Below are positions 26,768 to 39,840 of a stretch of 64,000 nt of DNA, one piece after another. This DNA is from Eledone cirrhosa (lineage: Eukaryota). Every line of letters begins with the position of its first letter. The first letter of the stretch is position 1. The position numbers and the translations under genes were made by a program. The notes beneath the pieces were generated by a model, which saw nothing but the letters and a program-made list of their open reading frames with translations, made no database searches and was not told where the DNA came from. The stretch is taken from assembly GCA_964016885.1 (NCBI GenBank), contig OZ024740.1, positions 220,348,001 through 220,412,000 on the forward strand, in the 5' to 3' direction.

Positions 26768-29700
26768 TTACAGACACATACTTAGAGAAGGCCCATTCAT
26801 TCGGACCATACTTGCTTCTCTCACCCATCTTTCAACAAAATGCTGGGAAGAGAGCACTACCCTCTCTACCCTGATTTTCCTTTTCAAATGAAATTTGAAA
26901 AAGTTAATCAGGGCATCACCGAAGAGGTAAGTGCTCATCTTCAGCCCTTTCAAACGTGTCCACCATACTATCTCTTTCGTCATGGCCACCAGACAGATAA
27001 AAACTGCCTGCCCTTCCCGGCTAAAGGAAGAGGGCGGGGCAATCCTCACGATGGACTCAGCTGATAGCTGGATCCGTCCTACACATGACAGCAGGTGTTC
27101 GACATAAACCCACAAGTCAGCAATGCTCGGACACTGGACGAGTGCGTGCAGGACGGTTTCGTCGCCCTGCGCACATCTCGGACATGCCCAGCTGACGGCA
27201 CCTCCATGCCTGTAGAGTTTATCCCGAACTGGCAAAGCTCCCCGGTAGCACTGCCAGGCCAGGGATTTCTGGAAGTTGTCCATAGGCCCCGGCCCGAAAG
27301 TCCTTCCGAAGAGATTGGCTAGTTGATTTTCGTCGACGCCTAGAGTTTCTCCAAGTACGTCGTCGCTCTTCCCCTCCACTAATCCCCTATAGAACGCCAA
27401 GGTGGAGTTTCCACTGATCACATTGCCCAATTGGTCGAGGGCTGTGAGCGCCTGAAGGCATTCCAGTCTCCAAGCGCTCCCTCTCGGTCTTCACTTGACC
27501 CAGGACTGCAGCTCCGTCAAGGAGACGAGCTGGGGAAAAACGTGTCTAGCAAACGGCGACCACACCTGATCACCGTCGAGGAAGAGGTGGAGATGTCGTA
27601 GCCTGAGCGCGTGTCTGCGCATCATCAGCCACGGCATACCCAGCCCTCCACGTAGCGGGTGTTGACAACAGATGGACCACCTGACCATTGGAGCACGTCC
27701 CTTCCACAAGAAGCGAAAGAGCAAACGCTCCAGCGCAGTCAGGCGGGGCTTAGGACAAGGTACGACGGTCAGGCGGTAGTAGATGACGGACGCGATGTAC
27801 GCATTCGCCACCTCCGCTCGACCTTTCAGGGATAGCTTCCTCTCGGCCTATTTCTGGGTGAGAGAAGCCACCCTGCTCGTCACCTCGTCCCAGTTTTTGT
27901 CCGTCTGGAGGTCTGGACCGAACCAGACCCCTAGCAATTTAACCGGTCCGTACGTCCAGCGCCCGACGACGCTGTTGGACAGCATGTACCTGCCTCTCCA
28001 GGTGCCGAGCTGCAGGCCCACTGACTTTTCCTGGTTGATCATTGCTCCTGTCACCGCTTCGTATTCTCTTAGTGTAGTGCCAATCGCCTCAATGTGTTTG
28101 GCGTTCGACAACACTACGGTGACATCGTCCGCATATGCTGACACGGATCTTCCGCATCCTAGTTCGCGCGGGACCCCCCTCAACGTCTCCAGTTTGTGCA
28201 GTAATGTTCGAGAGTCAATACGTACAATAGGGATGAGAGGGGACATCCTTGGCGGACCGAGCGCATGATGTTGAACGGTTCCGAAAGGTGACCGTTCACT
28301 TTCACCACAGAGCAGATGTCGCTGTGCATGGCAGCGATCCAGCCTCTGAAGACGGGCCCAAAGCCAGCTGCCCTCAGGACTGCCGCTATGTAACGATGGC
28401 CGACCCTATCGAAAGCTTTCGACTCATCTAAATTGATCAAGGACCCATCCGTGCCAGGTTCCCTAGCTACCCTCTCTACGATGTATCGCATGAGGTGGAG
28501 GTTGTCGTGGATGGATCTGTCGGGAATGGCGCATGTCTGTGCCTCTCCCACCAGACCACCAACGACAAGCGCCAACCTCTTTGCTAGCACCTTTGCCAAA
28601 ATCTTGAACTCTGCGTTTAGCAGAGTTATGGGCCTAAAATTATCTATGTTATCCCCCTTGTTCGGATCCTTTCTCAGCAGCGCCACTGCTCCTCGGCTCA
28701 CAGAGCTGGGAATTCTCCCGTTCTGTTGCCAGTTGCAGTAGACGTCCGCCAAGAGGCCTCCGGACAAGTCTGGCATTTGTACGTAAAGTTCATAGGGCAG
28801 ACCATCCAAACCAGGCGATTTACCCCTTGTGCAGCCAGTCATTGCCTCCCGTACTTCAGCGGTTGTTATCGGCTTTTCGCAACACTCCGCCTCAGTGGCC
28901 GAAAGCCGCGGCAGTCCGTTGAGGCAGACACTAAAGTCCATCCCTCGATCCGGCCCGCCACTACCCCCGAACAGTTGAGCAAAGTGTCGCTGAAAAGCCC
29001 GGGATCGAGTAGCATGCGCCCGTCGTGGTCCACCAAAGACCGGATCGTGGCTTTATTGCCCCGACGCGCCTCCGCCACTCGGGCCCATTGAACGGCTTTC
29101 GTCCCCTCGTGTCTGAGAGCACGCACCCTAGCTCTGACAACGCAGCCTTCGTGCTTTGCATTGAAGAATTGGTCAAGGGCCAATTTCGCCGCAAGTACGT
29201 CGGTCGCGATGTCTTTGCTAAGCGCCTCGTCTAATTTTTTAACTAATTCTCCCTCTGCTCTATTTTTCTCTATTGCTAAAGCCTTACTAAACCTAATGGA
29301 CTCTATTCTAATTGCTCTTTTCAGAGCAAACCACCACTTGTTGTTGACGATGGCCCCCGTCAACGCCCGCTTAACTAGTTCGCTAATCCGGTCTCTGTAG
29401 GCCTTGCGCGCTGGTAAGGACGCGTTTAGCTTCCAGTAGCCGGGTCATCGTCTATGAAGCCTACCTAAGTCAAGTACACAGATCACGAATTTGTGGTCCG
29501 TGTAGCTGACTATCTTGAATTGTGGACAGCCTATGCTAGACCTATCTATTTCCCTACAAAATACTCTATCTAGATATGATCTGGATGACCCTATGCAATT
29601 TGTCCAAGTCCACATTGGTACATTCGGGAAATCCATTCGGTACCTCTCAGACAGTTCAAAACGCCTGAGCAGGTTGGTGAGACTCTTGCACCCTCCTTCC

Positions 29701-30173
29701 CTATCCACTAATCCCACACAATCCCAGCGTGCATCTAAGATCCCGTTCCAGTCGCCCACTAACACTAAAGAGCGGGACGTTCCAAGAAAGGTCTCCAGAC
29801 GCCGGAAGAAGTCAGGCCGCCCTGCTCCTGTCGGGGCATAGACGGCCACTAACCTGAAAGCTTGCCCGTCTCCGCTGGTCACGTCCAGCACCACCAACTT
29901 ACCTTCTGGGTCCAGGAAGATGGCCCGTATGGCAAGATCCAAACCTCTCCGAAAAAGCACAGCAACTCCTCCCCCCGATCCCGGACGGCTGGGAGATGCG
30001 TACACATCGTAGCCACCGAAGATCGGTGCGAAAGCCCGTGCTTCGGAGATTCTGGTCTCGCTGATGGCCACTACATCTATGTTTAGTGACCTGAGGTCGT
30101 TGAGCAGGTGGCCCTGCTTCCATGACGACCCCAAGCCACGCGCATTTATACTGCCTATTCTGAGTGAGGTCAT
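26768..30173 (-). pseudogene. Tx1-like ORF2: AP endonuclease + reverse transcriptase + C-terminal CCHC finger, disrupted
   Basis: APE motifs SINARGL, ISETR, VGDWN, YLDRV, TDHK; RT motifs KSPGLDG, FRPITLLN, KAFDRV, RQGCPLS, YADD; CPRC..ETVLHALVQC; in-frame stops at 29445, 27848 and 27491 plus two frameshifts. Confidence 0.93.
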
Positions 30174-30207
30174 GTTGAAAAGGAGTGGAAAAGATGGGAA
30201 AGACCAC

Positions 30208-32186
30208 TTACCTTACTTCTCGTAGGGGAAGGATGGTTTTTCCATCCTTTTCACTGCTTGTGGCCTCCTCAGGAAGGATGTCCTTATAAATCCTCCTGGA
30301 GAGTGCTTGTCGGAAGTCTCCGATGTCTTTGGGGAATTTTTTTTTTAGTGTCATGTACGTTTTCTGTGTGATGCGAGTGATTTGTATGTGTGGAGGTGGT
30401 GTGAATTTTTGGGTTGTTGTGTAGTCTTTTTCTGTGATGCTGGTGTTGTGTTGGATGTAGTGTAATAATTGCTTGTTGTTCAAATTTAATGCTGTGTAGT
30501 GTGTATCGTTTTGGTTGTTTTGTTTTGTTTGCGTTTGTTGTGGGTTTGTTTCTGTTTCGCATTTTGGTGACTTTTGTGGTGTAGGTGATGGTGGTGTTGG
30601 GGTTAATGATGGTGATGGTGTTGGTGTTTGGGTTGATGGGGTTGGTGATGCTGGTGTGGATGGTGGCATATCTGTCCTAACTTTTTTGTTTGTTAATTTA
30701 TTTGTTTCCCTCTGTATTTTGTTTTTGGAGGGGGAAGGAAGAGAATTTTTTCTTTTTTGGTTTCTTTTTTTTTTTCCTGATACCGTTTCCCACTCCTCGT
30801 CGTCACAATCTGTCTCCAGTTGTGATAGGCCGGGGAGTGGAAAATCCTCCACAGGCGTTAGTTTTGGTTGTGGCGTGGTGGATGGTGTAGGCGCTGATGC
30901 TAGTTCTGAAGCGTTGGGTGGTGGTGGTGTTGGTTTTGCTGGTGGTGGTGGTGTTGGTTTTGCTACTGTTGCTGTTATAGTTGCTTCTGTTGTTGCTGCT
31001 ACATTTGTTGCTGCCATCTCTGCTACTGGTGGTGTTGATGGTTGTGTCACTGGGGTGGGTAGGAGAGGTGGTCTCAACCTTTTAGCCTGAGGGCAGAAAG
31101 CCCTTAGGTGGGTTCCTTTACCACAAACGACACACCTAGGCCTTCTGCCCTCGACAATTACGGTGAGGTGGCTGCCGTCAGTGAGGTCTATTACCTCTGG
31201 GATCTCCTCAATGCTTTTTTGGTCCGCTTGGATCAGGAGCTCCATCCCAGATCCGGACCAGTTCTCCTGCTTTTCTTTTGCTATTGCTATTATTTTTGTG
31301 TTGGCTCGATGCCGGCGAGGACGGCCGCTATTAGCCAGGGAATTTCGATGGCCGGTGGAACGTGGGTCACCCTGATCTTTACGAGTCTCTGGCCACAATA
31401 GCTTGGGACGAGTGTGAAGTCGTCACTTCTTAATGGGGCCATGGAGTGTTCTCTAGCCTCCTCTGGTGTTTCAAAGAACACGTCCACAGTTCCATACTTC
31501 TGCCCACGTCTGATGTGGGTTTTTCTTGCCCACACATGTCCCAAAGCTTTTTGGATTTGGGACTCGGATGCCCGTTCCACTCGGCGCGATTTTACATTTA
31601 TTGTTCGATACGACATGGTGCATAGGCGCCGATGCTCCATTTTATTAGGTGGGGGGGTGAGGCTGACCCTGTACCCATCTTTCTTTACCATTTGTTTGGC
31701 ATTTTCTAAATCCTCCTGAGTTACCGTAAATGCTTCGAACTGTTTTGCTACTCTGGGAAAACTGAGGGTGGTTTTTTTAATGTCATTGTTGTTGTTGTTG
31801 CTATCGTTATTTTTGTTATTATTAATTTTAGTTTCAGTTGTGGTGGTGGTGACGTCAGTCGTCTTTGGTGGGGAAGAGTCCATTTTGCTTGATTTCATTT
31901 CGACATCACGAGTTAATTTATTTTTTTCTTCTTTTGTTTCTGTTGTCGCGGTGTTGGTGGGGGTGGTGGTTGTCGCGGTGGTGGTGGTGGTGGAGGCTTT
32001 AACACCTGCAGTCATTGGTAATGGCGGGAAATGAATGTCTGCCTGAGACAAATTTAAAATATTGCTACTGCTTATATTTTTTTTAGTGTTGGCAAACGTA
32101 GTAACATTTACAATGGTGGTGTCGGTGTGAGGTGCTAATTTGTGAGAAAGGCTTTCAGTTGCTTGGTGCAGTGGTGAATTAGCCAT
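30208..32186 (-). pseudogene. Tx1-like ORF1 (gag-like), one frameshift near 31300
   Basis: ORFs 31290-32186 and 30208-31398 overlap out of frame; zinc knuckle CVVCGKGTHLRAFC (CX2CX4HX4C); Pro/Thr-rich tail and basic KKKRNQKRK stretch. Confidence 0.85.
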
Positions 32187-32396
32187 TTTTTTTTCAAAGA
32201 AATTTTTTGATAATCATAAAAGTTTAAATTTTGGGCACAAGGCCCCAATCATTTTGGGTGTCCTTTTCGGAAAACAATGTATGTGCGCTTATATATAGTT
32301 AACAATAAAAATTTTCCATAAATGGCAATTTTTAACAAACGGAAATCACAAACCTTTGCGGAGCTCACGATGATACGATTTACTACGTAGGTCACC

Positions 32397-32430
<34 letters not shown>

Positions 32431-32431
<1 letters not shown>

Positions 32432-33671
32432 ATGCACAGAATGCATCACCCTAAGGAAGATACAGATAGAATATATCTCCCTAGGAAAGAAGGAGGACGT
32501 GGATTAATCCAGTTAGATATTGCGTTGAAAACTGCAACAATTGGATTATCTACATATCTAAGGGAATCACATGATTGGATGATCAAACTCGTTTTGAAAC
32601 ACGAAAGCATCAAAAGATCATACTCCATTACAAAAGATGCACAAAGATACAGTAATGAACTACAAATATCAGAGGTTCCATTTACTGCTGAAATGTAAAA
32701 CACAGAAAAAGCAAAGCAGGTAAAAGTAACTGTAAAGAAAGAACTGCTACAGAAACTAGCTAAGAAATGGCAAGAAAAGCCTCTGTATGAAAAATACCGA
32801 GAAAGAGCTAACAATCCTGATGTTGACAAAACTTTAACCCATCAGTGGTTGGCATCCTCTGGACTGAAATCGGAGACTGAAGGACTGATTATATCAGCAC
32901 AAGATCAGTGTCTGCCAACAAAAAATTACCAAGCCAACATAATAAAAAATGGATGCAACCCATTATGCCGTGTATGTAAAAAAACAACCAGAGACCATTG
33001 ATCATATAATTTCAATGTGCAGTCCTATAGCTCCACCCGAATACCTAAACAGGCACGACAGAGCTGCACAATACATACATTGGATAATGTGTAAGCATTT
33101 TGACCTGCCTCATCAAAAGAATTGGTGGGAGCATCAACCACCTCCCATACTTGAAAAAGATCACATCTCAATCTTGTGGAACTTTAGCATCCAAACAGAC
33201 CGAAAAATAGATGCAAATAGACCTGATATAATACTGAAGGACTTTAAAAAGAGGGTATGTCTGTTAATTGATATGTCCGTTCCAATAGACAAGAATGTAT
33301 CTATAAAAACATTTGAAAAATTGAGCAAGTATAAGGACCTGGAGATAGAAATTGGAAAAATGTGGAAATTGAGAACTAAAACAATACCAGTGGTTGTAGG
33401 TGCTCTAGGAATGATACCTAAGGGGTCTAATGATTACTTATCGCAAATCCCAGGAAAATAGGAGAAATACAAAAGATAGTACTAATGGGAACTGTCCATA
33501 TACTAAGGAAGATTCTGTCAATATAAGTACATCACAAGTCTAAACACCTAAAGATGCATGTGTGTTTATCTATGTTCTTTCTTGAACATGGTGGACCTTG
33601 TTGTCTCTTGAAGTCACTGGTTGTGACTTGGTGATAACTCGTATGAACATAAAGCAAGATAAATGCAACTG
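32431..33671 (+). mobile_element. 5'-truncated Dong/R4-clade non-LTR element (RT C-terminus, CCHC finger, restriction-like endonuclease, 3'UTR)
   Basis: HHPK..RIYLPRKEGGRGL; IISAQDQ; CRVC..ETIDHIISMC; RHD; RPDII..D.SVP; K..KY; IPVVVGALG; starts right after (AAT)n and ends in TAATAATAA. Confidence 0.88.
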
Positions 33672-34460
33672 TAATAATAAAAATGAAATTATTGTGTACA
33701 GTGCTCAGGTGCACTACAACTCATCAAAGGTGCATGTATAGTGCATAGAATAATATATAAATGTCAGGAAAGTGAACAGTGTATTTGTCATGATATATAT
33801 GTGTGTATGGAGGGGGGATATCAGGTGTAGTGTTGGCAAATTTCAGGAAGCATGGAGGTTTTAAAGGATGCAGTGTCCTGACAGCTAACAACTGATGCAG
33901 GTAGTTTGCTCCATGCTTCAGCAACTCTGAGCGTGAAAAAGTGTTTCTGAAAGTCATGGGAGCTGTGCTGTTTTCTGACTTTGTAGGCATGCCCATGTGT
34001 GTTAGACACATAGAAATCAAAAAGGTGCTCAGGGTGGTTGTTGGCAAGATGGTTAATAATCTTGTGGGTGTTTACCAAGTCAGTTGCCAGACGTTGGAGC
34101 TTCAATGTATCCATGCCCAAGGAAGCAAGGCGTTCAGAGTATGGTAGATGCCTGATGGAGGGTATTCACTTGGTTGCACATCCCTAAACAGTTTCCAGGT
34201 CAATATTCTGAGCAAGATAGGGGTTCCAGACTGGTGATGCAAATTCTAAGTGTGGCCGCACCATAGCTATATACAGCTTTAAATAGATAGCAGGAGAGCG
34301 GCTGACAAATGTCTTGCTGAGTGATGCTAAGACACACTCAGCATTCTAGACAATTTTAGAGATGTACTTTGTCCAATGCAAATCGCTGCTGACAGTAATG
34401 CCCAGGTCACATTCACAAGAAGAGTTCTTGATATTAGTGTTGTAGAGGGAGTATGTGGAT
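33672..34460 (-). mobile_element. CR1-clade LINE 3' fragment
   Basis: RPHLEFASPVWNPY, RATK, YSERLASL, FF..RV.EAW.KLP motifs; 3'UTR hairpin AGTGC-ACCTGA-GCACT then ATT tail. Confidence 0.88.
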
Positions 34461-35376
34461 GCTCTCTTCTTTCACCATCTTGCTATTCTCTCATTCTTTT
34501 CATCCTCTTGGTCATGTTACCTTTCACTCTTAACATCATATAATGATGCAGCTAAAAATATATACAACCAATTTATTAATTCAAAAGTTCATAGTATCTT
34601 TATTAGTAGACACATCATTGGAGAAATTTGCAGTACTAAAGTAAAGACATACATTTTTAATGTGAAGTAGACAGTGCTGTTTTGTGCTTTTTGAGAATGT
34701 CTTGCTAATGGGGTTTTATGTGGTACAGGATGTGAAGAATCAAAAGAATTGAAAATATGTTGAGTGGAAAGAAGTTCTTAGCTTTAAGGTGAGCATGATA
34801 ATATTTCTAGTGCTGGTGCCATGATAAATTTACCCAGTACTCTCTGTATGGTGATTGATGATCAAACGAAAGCAATGTAGAATAGTGAGGGCTCTTCAGT
34901 TTTGGTGGGTACAAAACAACCTCACTAATGTTGATGTCACGATAAAAGTTACTCAGGACACATTTAAAGAAATACCAGAATTCCTACTGAATCATGAAAA
35001 GATATTTTTTTCCTGTTTTTTCTTCTTATATGATTTGTTTTTTCTTTTTTCTTGTAAACAAATCCATCTTTATAATTCTATTATTGTGTTTCAGGAAATT
35101 CCCACTGGAAATTGTTTCCTATTACCTTTCCCAGATATAAAAATATTTAAAATTTAGGTTGGGTGAAGGAATAAGAGTGATCTGATGTCACTACTAATGT
35201 AAGAGAAAGGAAATAGCTAGAAGTGAGAATTAAAATCGGTTAAGAAATTGGTACCAAAAAGGTTGATCCTCATCATACCAAACTTCCTAAAACCATTCTT
35301 GTTTTATGATACATATCTGCTCATTTTTTAAATGTTCATACTTTTATTAAAACTCTCCATTATAATTTTATTTAAG

Positions 35377-35560
35377 TGGATTGGCAGTATTGGTAGAGGG
35401 TCGGTCGCCATGCTTTGCAACATAGAATTACAGCTCTTTATGTTCTGAGTTCAAATCTCACCAAGGTTAACTTTGCCTTTCATCCTTACAGGGTCAATAG
35501 AATAAAGCACCAGTAATGCACTGGGATAATTGCTAGCCTTGTGCCAAAAGTAGAAACAAT
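35377..35560 (+). mobile_element. Nin/Deu-like SINE with ~17-bp TSD, inside a TTAA MITE
   Basis: Flanks ATTATAATTTTATTTAA / ATTATAATTCTATTTAA. Confidence 0.82.
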
Positions 35561-36724
35561 TATAATTCTATTTAAGAAATATTTGTTAAGTAATGTTTCA
35601 AACATTAGCTTACTAATGAAAATGTTATCTCATTTCATTCTTCAAACTTTCAAAATTAATTGATACACATAGGCAACCGTGTATATCTCAGTTATTGGAA
35701 TAGGTACATCATATTTCTGCATGTCATAAGAATTGACTACTTGTAAAAGGGCTGGTGTCAGGTAGAGCATCTGGCTGTAAAATTCTGTCTCTAAAATATC
35801 CTGTCCAACCCATGCCAGCATAAAAAATTGGATGTAAAAGTAATGGTGGTGGTGGTGGTGGTGGTGGTGGTAATGATGATGATGATGGTGATAATGATGA
35901 TGATAACAAGGCAGTGTATTTCACTAGAAGTACAGTAACAAAAGGGTTAGCAGGAGTTTTCCATCTGTTAATTCTACAGCTCTTACCATATAAAGTCTAA
36001 GAAAGAGCATTTTGTCATAGTTTCATTACTTTATTACTTTCAATTAAACACATCAGAATAAAATGGTAGTTTACAAGATTTTCTGGCAGTGTTTGTAGCT
36101 ATTTAAGCACAAATAAATCATTATACTGAGGATGTGATACTGAAAATATAATGGGATTTTAAACTGGTATATATTCTGGTTAATTTACCATGTTAAAGGA
36201 CAGCAATGAGTTCAGCTGTGGCAGAACCACATCTAGCCAAACTTTGTAGCTGACACTCTTGTGGACACAATAAGAAGAAGAAGCATGTTAAATATTGTTC
36301 CAGTTCTCTGAACTATGAGTTCAAAGCCCATTAAGAGCCACTTTGTATTCCACCCTTATATGCTCGATAAATAAAGTACAATCCTACTACTAATGTAATC
36401 CTCTCTCTCCTCCCAGTTATTTCTTCCGGAGAGTTCCACTAGATCAGAGGAGAGAGGATCAAGAGAATGTCTGAGTCTCTTCCTGACTACATGCACCCCT
36501 AAAACCTTTAGTGAAAACATGGTTCAAACTACCAAGTCATACTCAATTGTAAGTGATGGCTGTAGTTTTATTGTGCTACATTTGCATGGCAGAGTTGTTA
36601 AGAAACTTGTTTCACAATCATAAGAGCCCAGGTTCAATCCCCATGGAATTTAGGGCATCTTCTGTAATCTCAAGTCAACCCAAGCATTGATAATACAATT
36701 GGCTAAATGGAAATGATGCCTCTG

Positions 36725-36729
36725 TGTGG

Positions 36730-36777
<48 letters not shown>

Positions 36778-37580
36778 ATTTATCTCTGTTTGTGTGCTGG
36801 TATATGTATATGTGTTTGTATATGTTTGAGTGTGCATGTCAGTGTGTGTGTATGTATATGTGTTTGTATATGAATGAGTGTGCATGTCTGTGTGTGTGTA
36901 TGTATATGTGTTTGTATATGAATGAATGTGCATGTCAGTGTGTGTGTATGTATATGTGTTTGTATATGAATGAGTGTGCATGTCAGTGTGTGTGTATGTA
37001 TATGTGTTTGTATATGAATGAGTGTGCATGTCAGTGTGTGTGTATGTATATGTGTTTGTATATGAATGAATGTGCATGTCAGTGTGTGTGTATGTATATG
37101 TGTTTGTATATGTATGAGTGTGCATGTCAGTGTGTGTGTATGTATATGTGTTTGTATATGTATGAGTGTGCATGTCAGTGTGTGTGTATGTATATGTGTT
37201 TGTATATGTATGAGTGTGCATGTCAGTGTGTGTGTATGTATATGTGTTTGTATATGAATGAGTGTGCATGTCAGTGTGTGTGTATGTATATGTGTTTGTA
37301 TATGAATGAATGTGCATGTCAGTGTGTGTGTATGTATATGTGTTTGTATATGTATGAGTGTGCATGTCAGTGTGTATGTATGTATATGTGTTTGTATATG
37401 TATGAGTGTGCATGTCAGTGTGTGTGTATGTGTATGTGTTTGTATATGTATGAATGTGCATGTCAGTGTGTGTGTATGTATATGTGTTTGTATATGTATG
37501 AATGTGCATGTCAGTGTGTGTGTATGTGTATGTGTTTGTATATGTATGAGTGTGCATGTCAGTGTGTGTGTATGTGTGTA
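36725..37580. repeat. (GT)n followed by a 48-bp minisatellite, about 16 copies
   Basis: Unit TGTGCATGTCAGTGTGTGTGTATGTATATGTGTTTGTATATG(A/T)ATGA(G/A). Confidence 0.93.
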
Positions 37581-37800
37581 TTAAATAAAGGGAAATGATT
37601 GAAAGCCCATCAAATAGGATACATCTGCAACTCAAAGGACCAGTTCGTTATATACTGTATCATGTTGATTCTACTTAAGCATTAAATTAAGAGTATTCAT
37701 ATCTGTGGAATACTCAGCCACTCATACACTAACACAATTGAATAAATAGAAATGATGAGGAATCCTATCAAATAGGATATCCTGATATTTGTACATTATT

Positions 37801-37970
37801 CCGGTAGAGGGGCGGACGCCATGCTTTACAGCATAGAGTTACGGCCCTTTACAGTCTGAGTTCAAATCCCGCCAAGGTTAACTTTGCCTTTCATCCTTAC
37901 GGAGTCGATAAAAAAAGCACCAGTAATGCACGAGGATAATTGCTGGCCTTGTGCCAAAAGTAAAAACAAT
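37801..37970 (+). mobile_element. Nin/Deu-like SINE, 5'-clipped
   Basis: Family consensus. Confidence 0.8.
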
Positions 37971-38189
37971 TGTTCTATGTACTATACATGCATCTTTGGC
38001 CTGGTCATTCTCTGCCACATTGCCTGTATGCCTATGGAGCCAGCCATATAACAGTTTACTACTACCTCTGCTGGCAACATACTGTCTGACTAGAAACTTG
38101 TCACTTTTTAAGAGAACATCCCATGAGACTCCTCACACAACACAGAAACCTTATTGAATGCTATATTCATTTGTGAATACTATAATCAA

Positions 38190-38753
38190 CTATCAGTGGT
38201 TCCCAGCGTTGCACGGGATAAGGTATTGTGAAATATATAACTGCCTTAGCTAAGCTTAGTATTGCCACAACCACGGCTGGCAAAGAAGAAACGGTCTGGT
38301 GGTACGTAAGTAAGCAACACTATGGCTTAAAACATGAGGAAGAAGTTGTGTGCACTTACCAACTGTTTGGGGAATGAGTATGAGATTTGTCTTGAGCAAG
38401 GATGACAGAATAACCGGAGGCAGCAGACAGCCAGACATTCAGAGATATTATAAGGGCGCGTTCTGACGTAATGCAAACAGCTAGAGACACAGACAGATAT
38501 TATAAGGGAGCGACGTTATATGTATGTATCTATCTAAAAAGAGAAAGACTAAGAATTATAGAGAGAGATTGCTAAATCACCTAATGCGGTCCCTAGGGCA
38601 TTGAACATTTGAAATTTTTTTGCTCAGAACACTCCCTGAAATATAAGTATTACATGTGTAAAGTTTGAAAACAGTCGGTTGGGTGCTTCTTTAGTTTTAG
38701 GGATTCAAACTCACACACACACAGACAGACATCCTCAGTTTTATATATATAGA
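38190..38753 (-). mobile_element. Non-autonomous Helitron
   Basis: Minus strand: A|TCTATATATATAAAA 5' end; subterminal hairpin CCCGTGCAACGCTGGG (38202-38217); ATAG|T (CTAG variant) 3' end. Confidence 0.7.
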
Positions 38754-38929
38754 TGATTGTATTTACGATTCAAAGTAGTCAAATTTTTTTTTTTATGTGA
38801 AGTAAAGCTATATATTAAACCAGAATTGTTGGTACTTTTTGTGTTCACCATTTCCTCCACAAAATATAGACATCACTTCACATCTGCAACTCAAAAGAGC
38901 CAGTTTATTAATTCTATTTGGGGATTACA

Positions 38930-39338
38930 TTAACCCTTTAGCATTTACATTACTCTACATTTACTATTGTATTTTCACGGTAAAGGCTTTACCTCACATA
39001 GTATTTACATTTCTCTATATTTACTATTGTATTTTCACGGTAAAGGCTTTATCTCACATGGTATTTACATTTCTCTATATTTACTATTGTATTTTCACGG
39101 TAAAGGCTTTATCTCACATAGAATTTACGTTACTCTACATTTACTATTGTATTTTCACAGTAAAGGATTTACATCACATAATTATCTCACATAATATGGA
39201 AGCTATGAGATTTTGATGTTATTTATTTTGAGAACAATACCTTAACATCAATATGAGTGGCCGGTTACAGCCGGTTTGAACAAAAAGAGGTGAGAGAATT
39301 CTGGCCGGATAAAGCTGATTTAAATGCTAAAGGGTTAA
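38930..39338. mobile_element. piggyBac-type (TTAA) MITE with an internal 4 x 60-bp tandem expansion
   Basis: Same TIRs as 10026-10239; 60-bp unit repeated over 38941-39180. Confidence 0.88.
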
Positions 39339-39378
39339 AAACATACATGTCTGTGGAATTCTCAGCCACATATACACC

Positions 39379-39840
39379 TACCATATTCTGAACACCTTGC
39401 TTCTCTGGGCATGGATTCATTGAAGCTCCGACGTCTGGCAACTGACTTGGTAAACAAAATTATTAACCATCTTGCCAACAACAACCCTGCGCACCTTTTT
39501 GAATTCCATGTGTCTAACACATGTGTTAGACAACAGCACAGCTCACATGACTTTCAGAAACATTTTTTCATGCTTAGTGTTGCTGAAGCATGGAACAAAT
39601 TACCTGCATCAGTTGTTAGCTGTCAAGACACTACACCCTTTAAAACCTCCATGTTTCCTGAAATTCACCAAGCTACACCTGATATCTCCCCTCCATACAC
39701 ACGCACACATGTATATCATGAGTCATACACTGTTCACTTTCCTGACATTTGTACATTATTTCATGTACTATACATGTACCTTTGATGAGTTGTAGTGCAC
39801 CTGAGCACAGTACACAATAATTTTGTTATTATTATATTAT
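39379..39840 (+). mobile_element. CR1 3' fragment with ATT-rich tail
   Basis: MDSLKLRRLATDL...EAWNKLP; 3'UTR gagttgtagtgcacctgagcac then ttattattat. Confidence 0.85.

Larger units (their letters stand above)
26526..32396 (-). mobile_element. Near full-length Tx1/L1-clade non-LTR retrotransposon (about 5.9 kb), flanked on both sides by (TAA)n
   Basis: 5'UTR, ORF1 with CCHC knuckle, ORF2 with APE-RT-Zn finger, 3'UTR with AATAAA then (ATT)n tail; (AAT)n runs at 26482-26525 and 32397-32430. Confidence 0.93.

Noticed and set aside
31285-31310. Programmed -1 frameshift in Tx1 ORF1
   Set aside because: No canonical X XXY YYZ slippery site in frame; a 1-nt indel or sequencing error is simpler.
36703-37635. 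Cys/Met-rich 16-aa repeat ORF, metallothionein-like at first sight
   Set aside because: 48-bp GT-based minisatellite, open on both strands.
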